Positions 43,417 to 55,600 of a stretch of 64,000 nt of DNA are shown here, piece by piece. The notes under the pieces are model-generated. The model searched no databases and was not told the origin of the DNA. It saw only the letters and a program-made list of their open reading frames with translations. Positions within the stretch are counted from its first letter, which is position 1; each line of letters opens with the position of its first letter. Origin of the DNA: Macrostomum hystrix (taxonomy: Eukaryota > Animalia > Platyhelminthes); NCBI GenBank assembly GCA_950097015.1, contig CATNEN010000031.1:2542001-2606000 (forward strand), in the 5' to 3' direction. A program made the translations under genes and the position numbers.

Positions 43417-46400
43417 TCAGTCACTCAGCACCTCAGGGTACACGACATTTCTCGTCCGCTCACCGGAGATCCGGACGCGCACGCTGTCGACATTCTTGGC
43501 CCGGGACAGCGCCGTGTACAGCTGGCCGTGGGCGAAGCAGCCGACAGCTAGGTCGATGCCCACGGTGTCGAGCGACTGGCCCTGCGACTTGTGGATCGTC
43601 AGGCAGAAGCTCGGCTTGACTGGGAACTGCAGCCGCTTGAAGCAGACTGGCAGGTCAGCATTGTTGGGCTCCAGTGGAATCCGCGGCAGCAGGATCTCAT
43701 CTCCAGTGAACTGGCCGGCAGCGACTTTGCAGCGCAGCACATTCTCGCCCAGCTCCAGGATGATCAGCCGGGTGCCGTTGCACAGCCGTGGCGGATTCAG
43801 ATTCCGCAGCAGAACCAGCGGCATGCCCACCTTGAGCTTCAGCAGGTGAGCAGGGAAGTTCGGAGCATCCAGCTGATTCAGCAGCTCCGGAGGAAAGTGC
43901 GTGGCCGCTTCCTCGTCAGCCACGCTGTCCACTGAGCGATACTCGCGCAGTTGGCCTGGGAACATGGCCAGGCACTCGTTGTTGATCGCGTCAACCGCAT
44001 CGTTGTAGGGCGCCAGAATGGCTCGGCTGGCAAAGTAGCCGTCGCGCTCCGCTGACGCCTCGAACGAAGGGTACACGAACTGGATCAGCTCGGACAGCGG
44101 TGCCTCCGTCGGAATGATGATCTTGGCAGGAAGGCAGACCGTGTCGTCTGACTGATCGGCTACCCCAGAGCCGATCTGTGTGGGGTTGGCAGGTAAATGC
44201 ACGAGAACTGCAGCCTGTGAGGTTATCTAAAAACAGCATGAACAAAGCTTACCTGCATGAGCAGCTGCATATAGCGATGGTACAGCTCAGCATCAGCACA
44301 GCTCTGCAGCCGGATGTTCTTGGATAGGCGGTGCCTCCGGAACAAAGACCACAGCGGGGACTTGCTAACACACGCCAGGATGTTGTTAGCGCGCGTGCCA
44401 TTTTTCACCACCGGCAGCAGCTGGCGAAAGTCTCCAGCGCAGACCACGACGATTCCGCCGAACGGGCAGTCCTGCTTCCGCAGGTCTCGCAGACTGCGGT
44501 CGACAGCCTCCAGGTCCTTCCGGTTTGTCATGGAGATCTCGTCCCAGACGATCAGCCGTACAGTGCGAAAGACTGCGGCCAGCTTAGACTGCGCTCGGAC
44601 AGAACACACGTCCTTGTCAGAGCGAACCAGCCGCACTGGGATCTTGAATCTGGCGAAAAATGTAGATTGAGACTGAATGAGCAGGAGAACATTAAGTGTG
44701 AATTTGATTTCCATTAAAAAACGCACGTTGAATGCGCCGTCTGCCCGCCTGGCAGCAGGGTGGCTGCGATTCCCGACGACGCAACAGCCAGGGCGACTTC
44801 CCCTCGACTCCGCACAAACGCCAGCAAAACCTCCAGCAGGAAGGTCTTGCCAGTGCCTGCCGGAGCGTCAATGAAATGCAGGCCGCCCGAGCCAGCGACA
44901 AGATCCACAGTCACAGCCTCGTAGATGGCCATCTGCTCGGCCGTGAGCATTGGCAGCCGCATCTCGGTGATCTCCGCCTGTTCGACCGTGTCAAACTGCA
45001 GCGGCCCGACTTGCGGCATTGCAGAGGCAGCAGGCAGTCCGTACTCTTGCAGACTGCGGCCGCCCATTGACGTCAGCATGCTCTGCAGCTCCCGCAGAGC
45101 CAGGTCGCTGACTTCCTCGGCGCTTAAGTCCGGTTGGTGGAAGCGCAGGTCTTCGCAGAGATCCTCTGCAAACCTGCTCCACAGATCAGCGCCGTCGTCT
45201 GGCTCGCCCCAGATGAGAACGACAGCCAGCAGGTGCCTCAGAGCTCGCGGCATTCGGCTCTGGACAGCCTCAGTCATGCAGCGATGCCAGTGATCATCAC
45301 GCTGCAGCAGGCCGAGAGCCATGCAGGCGGCCTTGGCGCTGGCACAATGCACGCCGGCCACGGTCTGCAGCGACTCGAAGCTGGTCGGTCCTCGCACGTG
45401 CAGCAGCAACAGCCGCAGGTAGAACAGGTCACCAGCTCTAGGACTGACCGTGTACATCCGCGCAATGTTGGTGTTGCGCTTCACGCCGGGATGTCCTTCG
45501 ACATCGACGCCCTGCTTGGCTCGACGCCACTCTCTCGCACTCGGGTGCCACACGAAGAAGGTGGGCACCTCTGTGTAGAGTAGCAGGCGGGCGAACTCGT
45601 CAGTGCGGCACAGCTTGAAGAAGGCCGTCAGTGTCGAGTCTCGTGGCGCCTTTGCTCTGGCGCCCGCGGTCTGCTCGTTGAAGTACACGAGCTGCTCTTC
45701 CGACTTGTGCACACAGAGTCGGATGACCGCTGGGAACCTGTTGTGCACCTGGGCAAAGGTGAGGATATTTTTTGAGCATCAGAGCTGCTGAAAAAAACGT
45801 AATGCAGTACTAAAAGCACAGGCAATGAAAGCAGAGCAGAGCAATTACCTCAAAGGCCAAGATGGTGTTAACAGCTTCCATCGGACCAATGTAGCGTGCA
45901 GACAGGTACTCGGAGATTTCATCACGGGGCTTCTCCGGCTGCTCAGATTGAGCACTCGGCTGAGCTTCAGCAGCTCCTGCGGCGGCGGCGACTTTGAAAA
46001 CCGCCATGTCGCCATTCTTCATCAAGTACTTGATCACGTACTTGACAGACTTGACAGTGGCACAAACCTCTACGTTCAAATGGCACGCGAACTGTAGCAG
46101 CAGGTCAGGGTTGTATGGCACCACCCACCTGGTGATTGGAGGGAAGCAGCGGCTTGCAGAGCACAGAAATGCTATGGCCACGCAGCTACTGACTCACCTG
46201 TTGTCCATTTGGATGCTGCGACCCTTGAACAGTTTGTCCACCGTGAAGCCTCCCATCTCAGGGGAGCGCCTCCTGTAGAACGGATAGCCGCTGTCGCTCG
46301 TCAGCGTCACCGGCTGGAAGTCCTTCGGGAAGCTCTTGCTGCACTTGCCGTTCTCCATGCAAGGGCAGGCCGGGTTCAGCTCGCCACACGGCCCGTGGAT

Positions 46401-49400
46401 CATGTGGGTCTTGACCAGCTCGTGCAGCACTGGCTGCCGCTGTGGGTCTGGGATCTCCGCAGACACGATGGCATCGTAGCGATCCGGGGTGACTCGACTC
46501 CCGTTCGCCAGCCAGAGCAGGAAGTGCACATGGGGAAGGCCTGAGGCGAGTTGATAAAAGCATGCGGACTCGTTATTCCAGGCTGTTAATATTGCCAATG
46601 TCTGCATGAAAATCTGATTTTACTCACCGCGCTTCTGGTACTCCAAGGAGCACACATGCGCAGCCTCCTTGCCAAAACGCTTCCTGAGCACTTCAAGCAG
46701 AGCCTTTTTCTTCAGTTCAAAGACTCGAGTCACAATGTCCGGGCGGTCCTCTGCCCGCTGACCGGGCAGCAGCTGCACGCTGATTTCCGGCCACTTCGGG
46801 TTGCACGTGGCTGTGACAAACAGGTCCGGCTTGCCGAACTTGTGCACGTAGGCCATTGCATCTTGCAGCCGCTCCATCAGGTACCTGGGTCCACCTACAA
46901 AGCTGGAAGACAGGTACACATGGGCAGGCTTACCAATCTCATTGGGGTCTCTCTCGGTGCTCCTGCCATCAGCAGCGAACAGAGCGTCTCGCAGGCCGCT
47001 GTAGGTCTCGCTGCGCAGGTCGTTCTGATGAGTGCGCAGGTACAGCAGCCTCTCGGACTCGATCTTGGCAGCCATGTCAACCAGGTACTGCTGGAAGAGG
47101 CGCCTGCCGTGGTGCAGCACGTTGAACTGGCCAGCTCGCACCATGATTTCGCTGGCGTAGTACTTCATGGGCGTCAGCTTCCGCCCATTCGCCATCTGCA
47201 GCTCTGGGTGCCAGCCGTCCTCGCCATTCGGGAACAGCAGCACGTACTCCAGAGGGTCGTAGGACCGGTGGGTCTCGGATATGCGCTGGACTTCGCCTCC
47301 GCGCAGTCGAATCACAACGTCACGGCTTGTCGGTGCGTCCTCGGAACCACCGACAACCAGGATGCCAACCTCATTGGCAGTAGGGAGATTGTAACGCCTG
47401 GGAATGAACAGGAATGGAATTGGTACAGCAGGTACTTCACAGAATCAACTGCACAGACTGAACAGTATAAGTGCAGGCGAAATAGGATCCCAACCAGCAG
47501 CTCCATAACACAGCTCACTCACCGAATGTGCTCCCCAGCTGGTCGTCGGTCCGGGTGAATCACAATTCGCGCATCTCCCAGCTCAGGGTCGCCACTGATC
47601 CGCTGAGCAGCGGCTCGCAGGCTCTGCACATAGCCGTTGCACTCGTGCAGCACAGTTTGCAGCAGCTCCAGCAGCTCCGGCTTCACCTTCTGGCTGAGGC
47701 TCAGGCGGCTCTCCAGCTCGCGGTCCGTGAAGTACACCTGCCAGCCATGCGGCACGGCTGAGGTGTCGGCAAGCAGCGGCCCCATGTTGTGATGCAGCTG
47801 GCCGCTGATGATGAAGCTGGGACTCCAGCCAGGCACCAGTCTGAGCCTCGCACCCAGAGATGTCAGGTGCAGCACAGAGTTGTAGCTCCTGATGTTAGCC
47901 AGGAACTCTGCACTGAGGCGGTGCTGCCCCGTGTACAGATCTGCCAGGACCTGCGGCATGGAACGGGTGGGCAGCTTCACCTTGCCCTTGGCGCAGCAGA
48001 AATTGCTCGTCTCCTTGGCCCACAGCAGGGCGCCGCAGTCATTGCAGGCGCGGTTCATTGGGCCGCATTGGTGAGCCGGGGCTTCTGGCATCACCGGCTC
48101 GGCATGCCTGTGAGCAGGGTTTGAGTAGGGGTTGAGCCGAGTTTATTAAGAGGGTACATTGATTTGATTGACATTGCTTTCCATGCTAGTGATTTATTTG
48201 TGTCAGCAGATTAAGCTGATTTAAACGAATAAATGCAAAATAACAAAAGCAAGTTACTCACATCTGCTCAGCCTGTGCTCCAGTGTCAGCACATGAGCTG
48301 GGGCTGTCAGCTGGCATCGCTCTCGGGCCCTTGGCTTTCTTGGCCCTCTTGGCAGGAGTTTTGCTTGCTGCCAAGCTTGGAAACTCTGCATCTGAAAGGG
48401 CTTGCAAAGGCTCTCGAAGTCTCAGTGACTCGTAATGCTCATGGCGCAAGAGCACGCGCACAATCGCATTAGGAGGATAGAGATTAGCCCTGAAATACTG
48501 CATCACATTACCATTGGCCTGGTAAATGACCAGGTCCACATTAAAGCAGCGGCTCAACAAAGAGGCAACTTCGTCTGAAACATAAGTGCCTGTTTGAAAA
48601 GAGGAACTCACAATGTCATCAGCACTCTCAGGTGCGATGAGGCCATCTGCAACCAACTGTGGCATGAGTTCTGCAACACGGCAAGACAAATCCTGCCGCA
48701 AGGAGGCTGCGTCAGTTTCTAGCGGGGTTCCACGCAGCTGATCACACACAGCATAAAAGAAGCAATTGCCATCACCAATAATAGGGATTACCTGCAACTG
48801 CTCAAATGGTACAATAGCTTCCATACCTTGCTGCTGGGTGTCCGACCTAAGTTGGCAATGCAGTGAAAATAAAGCACAGCTGCATTTACAGAATTTTTAA
48901 ACCAATTGTTGGACTGCAGGTTGAGTTACTCAAATCTACAGCAAAAAAATCAACACTTATGAGGCAATTTAGAAAAAAACTAAATAAAACCATAATTATG
49001 TTATGTAACGTTATTTTATAGAGCCTCATAAAACTCACTTGGAAACCAAAGCTCCACGGCGACGAATCTGCTCGGCTTCCAGTCGGGCAGCCCGCTCTGC
49101 CTCAGTCTCAGCATCTCTGCGCTGAGCATCCCGCTGCCGCTGTTCCTCCAGTCGGGCAGCTCGCTCTGCCTCAGTCTCAGCATCTCTGCGCTGAGCATCC
49201 CGCTGCCGCTGTTCCTCCAGTCGGGCAGCTCGCTCTGCCTCAGTCTCAGCATCTCTGCGCTGAGCATCCCGCTGCCGCTGTTCCTCCAGTCGGGCAGCTC
49301 GCTCTGCCTCAGTTTGAGAGGCTCGCTTCTCAGCCATTCGCTGACGTCGTTCTTCCAAACGGACCTCGCGATCGGCCTCGGATTCAGCTTGTCGCCGTCG

Positions 49401-49448
49401 CTTGGCATCGCGACTTTTCTTCAAACTGCTTGCGCCGCGTCGAACCAT
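43417..49448 (-). CDS. Helitron Rep-helicase with N-terminal 23-aa repeats and OTU domain (about 1716 aa, 9 exons)
   Basis: Exons 49448-49039, 48846-48262, 48107-47523, 47397-46628, 46540-46198, 46128-45849, 45748-44727, 44649-44253, 44175-43417 join in frame. Motifs: OTU GDGNCFF...HYESL; CNDC...FCCAKG; RRYNLPTANEV; KPDLFVTATCNPKWPEI; EYQKRGLPHVH (HUH); YVIKYLMK (Y2); PIF1-type DAPAGTGKT, IVWDEISM, GDFRQLLPV, TIHKSQGQS, HGQLYTALSR. Confidence 0.93.
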
Positions 49449-50049
49449 GATTGAGAACTGAAAAGTGAAATGAAATGATAAGTTGAGAGATAATGAAAGG
49501 CTTGAAAGAGAGATAGGTTGTGAAATTTGGATTTGAATTTCGATGTCTGAAGAATCAGATAAGGAGCCTTTATAAACCACACTAATTTGCAAGCTATATA
49601 TCATCACAGTGGGCTGAATCGGATATTATCTTTAGACCTAGGGTAAAAATCGATAAAACGGACCTCTGACCGCTTGAAATCTTAAAAACCGATGGAATGG
49701 GGTGAGGGCTCTCCAGCCCGTGCGTGCACATTTGGGGGCAAGAGGGGGAATAATGTACATTGCCTGCGCCAGCCTAGAATAGCCGGTAAGGACTTGGCTT
49801 GGGTAGGCCAGTGCGCCCAAATTTCAATATGATAGCGTCTAAGTTATCTCAAAGGCCTTTCACGTCTCTAAACTCTCAACTCTAAATTGATGTGAAAAAA
49901 TGCGTCCACTGACCGATTACCACACGATGATAGTCTTGAGTCTTGATGAAACTTGTATGTCACTGTTGTGCCTTGAAATCTGACAGTGCTGTGCTTTCGA
50001 ATCAGTCATTATTGTCTTAAATAAATATCATTGTATATTTACAAATTCG

Positions 50050-50945
50050 GAGCCTATGTATCTATCAATTCTAATTTCTGAGCCTAGATTTCAATCGATT
50101 CTGTGCCTAGATACCCATCGATTCTCAGCCTAGATTTCAATCGCTTCTGTGCCTAGATACCCATCGATTCTCAGCCTAGATTTCAATCGCTTCTGGGCTT
50201 AGATATCTTTCAATTCTGAGCTTAGACATCTATACGTGTATTCTGAGCCTTGATTTCAATTGATTCTGAGCTTAGATATGTATCGATTCTGAGCCTAGAT
50301 TTCTATCGATTCTGAGCCTAGATAACTATCAATGCTGAGCCTAGATTTCTATCGATTCTGAGCCTCGATAACTATCAATGCTGAGCCTAGATAACTATAA
50401 AAATGTTGAGCCTAGATATTTATAAAAATGTTGAGCCTAGATGTCTATCAATGCTGAGCCTAGATAACTATAAAAATGTTGAGCCTAGATATTTATAAAA
50501 ATGTTGAGCCTAGATGTCTATCAATGCTGAGCCTAGATAACTATAAAAATGTTGAGCCTAGATATTTATAAAAATGTTGAGCCTAGATGTCTATCAATGC
50601 TGAGCCTAGATAACTATAAAAATGTTGAGCCTAGATATTTATAAAAATGTTGAGCCTAGATGTCTATCAATGCTGAGCCTAGATAACTATAAAAATGTTG
50701 AGCCTAGATATTTATAAAAATGTTGAGCCTAGATGTCTATCAATGCTGAGCCTAGATAACTATAAAAATGTTGAGCCTAGATATTTATAAAAATGTTGAG
50801 CCTAGATGTCTATCAATGCTGAGCCTAGATAACTATAAAAATGTTGAGCCTAGATGTCTATCAATGCTGAGCCTAGATATCTATCAATGCTCAGCCTAGA
50901 TATCTATCAATGCTCAGCCTAGATATCTATCGATTCTGAGCCTGG
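50050..50945. repeat. GAGCCTAGAT-based minisatellite with a 73-bp higher-order unit in the Helitron leader
   Basis: Monomers of 25+25+23 bp recur as a trimer (e.g. 50383, 50456). Confidence 0.9.
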
Positions 50946-51533
50946 ATTTGTATTTATGCTATTTGGCTGTGTCATTGTTGTGCATGGGATTCGGTTCGGT
51001 TCGCTTCGCTCTGCTAGAAAAAGGCCGATCACTTGGATCAATTCAGTTCTCAGCTGTAGCCTTTTGGTGTATGATGTGAATATGCTATTTGATTGCAAAA
51101 ACTCAATAAATAAATAAATAAAATAATAAAATATCACACTGCCAGCAGTTAACAGAAGCCAGCTCAGCCTGTGCACATTGGGCATAATTATCTTGCCAGT
51201 GGGGTTGACACAGCTATGCACATTTGGGTGAGAAATTTCTTATCAGTACGCTCGCCTAACAAAACTGGCCCTGATGCAATCATTAAAATTGGCACTGGAG
51301 CCTCACTGTGCACAAGCTGAAAACAAGAATGCATTAGAAAAGCCTATTTAAAACTGTTTTTCGAATATTTAATCCCCTTGGCAATGGAATTAAGCTTAAT
51401 AAAAATACGTGTATAGTTGTCCCCATATTTGGCATCTTTTGGTGAAGAAATGGTGAAAATTGGTTGAGCCGTTCGGGAGAAAATCAATTACGAACAAGCA
51501 AGCAAGATTTTCATTTTTAGTATATTAGATAGA

Positions 51534-52164
51534 CTAGCTGCCTTCGCTACCCTCTGGGTAGCCTCCCTGTGAGTTCTTATCAGTTCGCGCGTGCGTTATC
51601 AAAACTGGCTCTGATGCAATCATAAAAATTGGCACTGGAGCCTCACTGTGCACACGCTGAAAACAAGAATGCCTTAGAAAAGCCTATTTAAAACTGTTTT
51701 TCGAATATTTAATCCCCTTGGCAATGGAATTAAGCTTAATAAAAATACGTGTATAGTTGTCCCCATATTTGGCATCTTTTGGTGAAGAAATGGTGAAAAT
51801 TGGTTGAGCCGTTCGGGAGAAAATCAATTACGAACAAGCAAGCAAGATTTTCATTTTTAGTATAATAGATAGACTAGCTGCCTTCGCTACCCTCTGGGTA
51901 GCCTCACTGGAGTTCTTATCAGTTCGTTATCAAAACTGGCTCTGATGCAATCATTAAAGTTGGCACTGGAGCCTCACTGTGCACAAGCTGAAAACAAGAA
52001 TGCATTAGAAAAGCCTATTTAAAACAGTTTTTCGAATATTTAATCCCCTTGGCAATGGAATTAAGCTTAATAAAAACACGTGTACCGATTCGGGCCCATT
52101 TGTGATCTTTTGGCGAAGGAATTGCGAAAATCGGTTAAGCCGTTCGGGAGCTAGTCGATTGCAA

Positions 52165-52201
<37 letters not shown>

Positions 52202-52224
52202 ATTTTCATTTTTAGTATATTAGA
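51534..52224 (-). mobile_element. Two further mini-Helitron units directly upstream of the autonomous element
   Basis: Units 51534-51872 and 51874-52224; same sequence family as the left array. Confidence 0.88.
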
Positions 52225-52406
52225 AGATAGAAGATATGCGAATTTTTTATTACGATCCACTGCAATAACAGCTCTGCAAGTTTAACCTTTTCTGTATGGT
52301 CCCTTTGCCAAATCATATTGACAATGTGCCTTTCGTTCACTTTTCGACATTCCTATACCACTTGTGAATAAAAATGAGTAGTTCTTGCATAGCCAAAATA
52401 CGACAC

Positions 52407-52591
52407 TGTAGTGTGCGTACGCACGTGAGCCAGGCCCAGGTGTACACCTGGGTCGTTTGATTGGTTGCGGAGCGGGGTGGGTGTCGCCACCCCAGTTCTA
52501 GCAAATAATATATGGACGCGCGCTCAGCGTGGCAGTAAAGATTGAGAGTTTTGTCTGCTCACTAAAAATAGCCTCGGCCTTAGTTATTACA
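52407..52591 (+). repeat. 5' LTR
   Basis: Direct repeat of 56826-57010. Confidence 0.97.
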
Positions 52592-52623
52592 ATGGCATCG
52601 CAAGCACCGAACCCTAGTGCACC

Positions 52624-55600
52624 ATGACTGAGCAAATTTCTCTCGCGCCTCCCGGCCAGTTTGTTATCGATAGCGATTGCCACTCAACTGCACAGCGCTG
52701 GACTGCATGGGCTCGCCGGTTCGCCACATACATTAACGCAGCTGGGATCCATGACGCAAAGCGAGGGCAGCACCTGCTTTTGTACGCCGCGGGAGAGGAG
52801 CTGCAGACCATCGTCGAAGAGAATGAAATTGACGCTGGGGAAGACTACAGCAGCCTCGCAAAGAATATCCAGGAATTCTGGGACGGCAAGAACAGCATCG
52901 TGTTCCTCCGCTTCAAGTTCGAGACCTGCAGACAACAGCAAGGCGAGACAATCGACCAGTGGTACCAGCGCCTGCGCAAGGCGGCGGAGCCGTGCGAGTT
53001 TGGAGCGATCAAGGACTCGCTGATCCGAGACAAAATCGTCGCCTACTGTGACTCCGAGAGGCTGAGGAGAGACTTCCTACAGAGCAAAGACATCACCCTG
53101 ACAGATGTGCTGAGGAAGGCGAGAGCCAAAGAAGCGGCGGAGCAGCAGGCCAGCGCGATGGAGAACGGCAGGCCAGGTGAGCCGCAGCAGCAACTCGCAG
53201 CCATCCGGAGAGCCGAGCAGCCACCAGGGCCGCAGGTGCGCTGCAATCGGTGCGGCAGGCCAGGGCACTCCACGTGCGCCGCGGCGCAAGGCAAGAGCTG
53301 CAGAAAGTGCGGAAAGCCAGGCCACTTCGCCCGAGCTTGCAGGTCCAGGCAGGAGGCGCCCCAAAGCAATTCGAATGCTGTCGCGATGCTGCAAGGTGAG
53401 ACCAGCTACGAGAGGGTGGACGACCCGGACACCGGCATATTCAAGGTCGACCAGGAGGAGCAATCCGCCCACACAGTAGCTGAGATCAACGGCACCAGAC
53501 TGTCAGTGCTGATCGACAGCGGGGCGGCTCGCAATGTGATCAACCGCGCAACGTTTGAGAGCCTTAAACAGCGGCCGCGTCTGCAAGCAGCCTCTGACAG
53601 GTTGTTCGCGTACGGCTCGGACCGGCCGATGCAACTCATCGGCAAGGCGGCGATGTCCATCCGCTTATTCGGCCGACGGGCGGTCGCCACATTTCACGTT
53701 GTCGAAGGCAGAGGCATCACCATCATCGGCAGGCAGACGGCCACTCAAATGGAAATCCTGCGGATCGGACCACCACCGACGGTCGATCATCAGGTGCTGC
53801 AGGTCGCGGAAGCGGAGGCGGCTGTCGACAGCCTCCTCGGCAACACGAGATCCAGTGGAATGCCCCAAGATGCCCTTGGCAGGATACTGCGCAAGTACTC
53901 CAGCGTGCTCAGCGGCATCGGCTGCTTCACCGGGCCGCCAGTCAGCATCCACCTGACCGACAACGCCCGACCGGTTTGTCACGCACCGTCTAAGGTACCG
54001 ATTCACCTGGCCGAGGCAGTGGACAAGGAGCTGCAGCTACTGGAGCAGCTCGGAATCATCGAGCCCGTCGACGGACCAGTTCCGTGGGTCGCGCGGATGG
54101 TCGTTGTGCCCAAGAAGGAGCCAGGCGAAGTGCGGATCACACAGGACCTCCGCGATGTCAATCGCTATGTCATCCGCGAGCGTCACCAGATTCCGACTTT
54201 TGAAGAGGTGACGGGAGACATGGCCGGCAGCACCGTCTTCTCGGAACTGGACATCGCGAAGGCGTTCTACCAGGTGCCTGTAGCAGAAGAATGCCGCAAT
54301 CTGCTGACATTCTCGACACCCCGAGGACTTCGTCGTCTCACTCGGCTGTGCATGGGCCTGTCCACCTCACAGGAGATCCTACAGAGCGTGATGTGCAGAG
54401 TGCTGTCAGGCCTGCCCAACGTAAAATGGATCCACGACGACGTGGTCGTGTTCGGCCGCACGATGGCGGAGCACAACAGCAGCCTCGAGGCCTGCCTGGC
54501 CCGCCTGGCGCAACACGGCATCACGCTAAATGCTCGAAAATGCAGGTTGGCACGCAGCAGCATTGAGTTTATGGGAATGCGACTGACGGCCGAAGGAGTC
54601 CAAGCCACAGAAAGCAAGGTCGCCGCCGTTCAAGAATTCAAGGAGCCAGAGACGATAAGCCAACTTCGATCGTTCTTGGGCCTCGTGAATTATCTCGCAG
54701 TATTCACGCCACAGCTGGCCAAGGTGGCGGAGCCGCTGCGACGCCTGACCCGGAAGAACACCGACTGGCAGTGGGGCGCCGACCAGGCCAGCGCCTTTGC
54801 GCAGCTAAAGCGCAGCATTGCGGAGCCGACAACGCTGGCATTCTACGACAAGCGGCTACGGACACAGCTGATTGTGGACGCGGGACCAACCGGACTCGGC
54901 GCAATCCTGGCGGAAGTACAGCACGACGGCAGTTCGCGGCCAGTCGCATACGCGAGCCGGACCCTCTCCGACGTAGAGCGGCGATATTCGCAGACCGAAA
55001 AAGAGGCGCTCGCCGTGAAGTTCGGCTGCCTGAAGTTTGAGTACTACTTGTATGGATCGCCCGAATTCACGGTGATCTCCGACCACAAGCCGCTGACAGC
55101 CATGTATGCGCCAGGGTCACGGCCGCCTCCACGAGTCGAGCGTATGGCGCTGCGTATCCAGCACCTGGTATTCAAGGTCGAATACCAGCCAGGAGCGTCC
55201 AATGCTGCAGACATACTCAGCAGGCAGCCTCTAAACGCTGAAGGAAGTAGGACCAGCGAGCAGCTGAGAGAGGCCTACATAAACGAGGTAGCGCAGGCGG
55301 CTGTCCCGAAAGCGCTCACGCTCGAAGACATCCGCAAGAGCTCAGCCAGCGACCCAGTTATCCGGGCAGCGATAGCAGCGATGCAAGGCGGCCAATGGGA
55401 CCGCTCTAGCGCTGAGATGCGGTCACTCCACGCGCTGCGAGAGGAGCTGTCGGCGGTAGACGGAGTTCTTCTTCGGCATCAGCGGATTGTCGTGCCAGCA
55501 GCTCTACGGCAGCAGATGCTCGAGCTGGCGCACCAAGGACACCAGTGCTCGCAGAAGACGACCGCAAGGCTCAGCAGCAAGGTCTGGTGGCCGAGAATGG

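Larger units (their letters stand above)
41994..51529 (-). mobile_element. Autonomous Helitron, about 9.5 kb
   Basis: 5' end TCTAATATACTAAAAATG at about 51529. 3' end on the minus strand: hairpin GCTCCCC-AAA-GGGGGGC (42022-42006), an 8-nt spacer, then CTAG (41997-41994). Encodes a complete RepHel. Confidence 0.9.

Noticed and set aside
46656-47558. 300-aa plus-strand ORF, and other antisense ORFs across the Helitron and Gypsy genes
   Set aside because: Shadow ORFs of GC-rich coding sequence on the opposite strand; no independent motifs.
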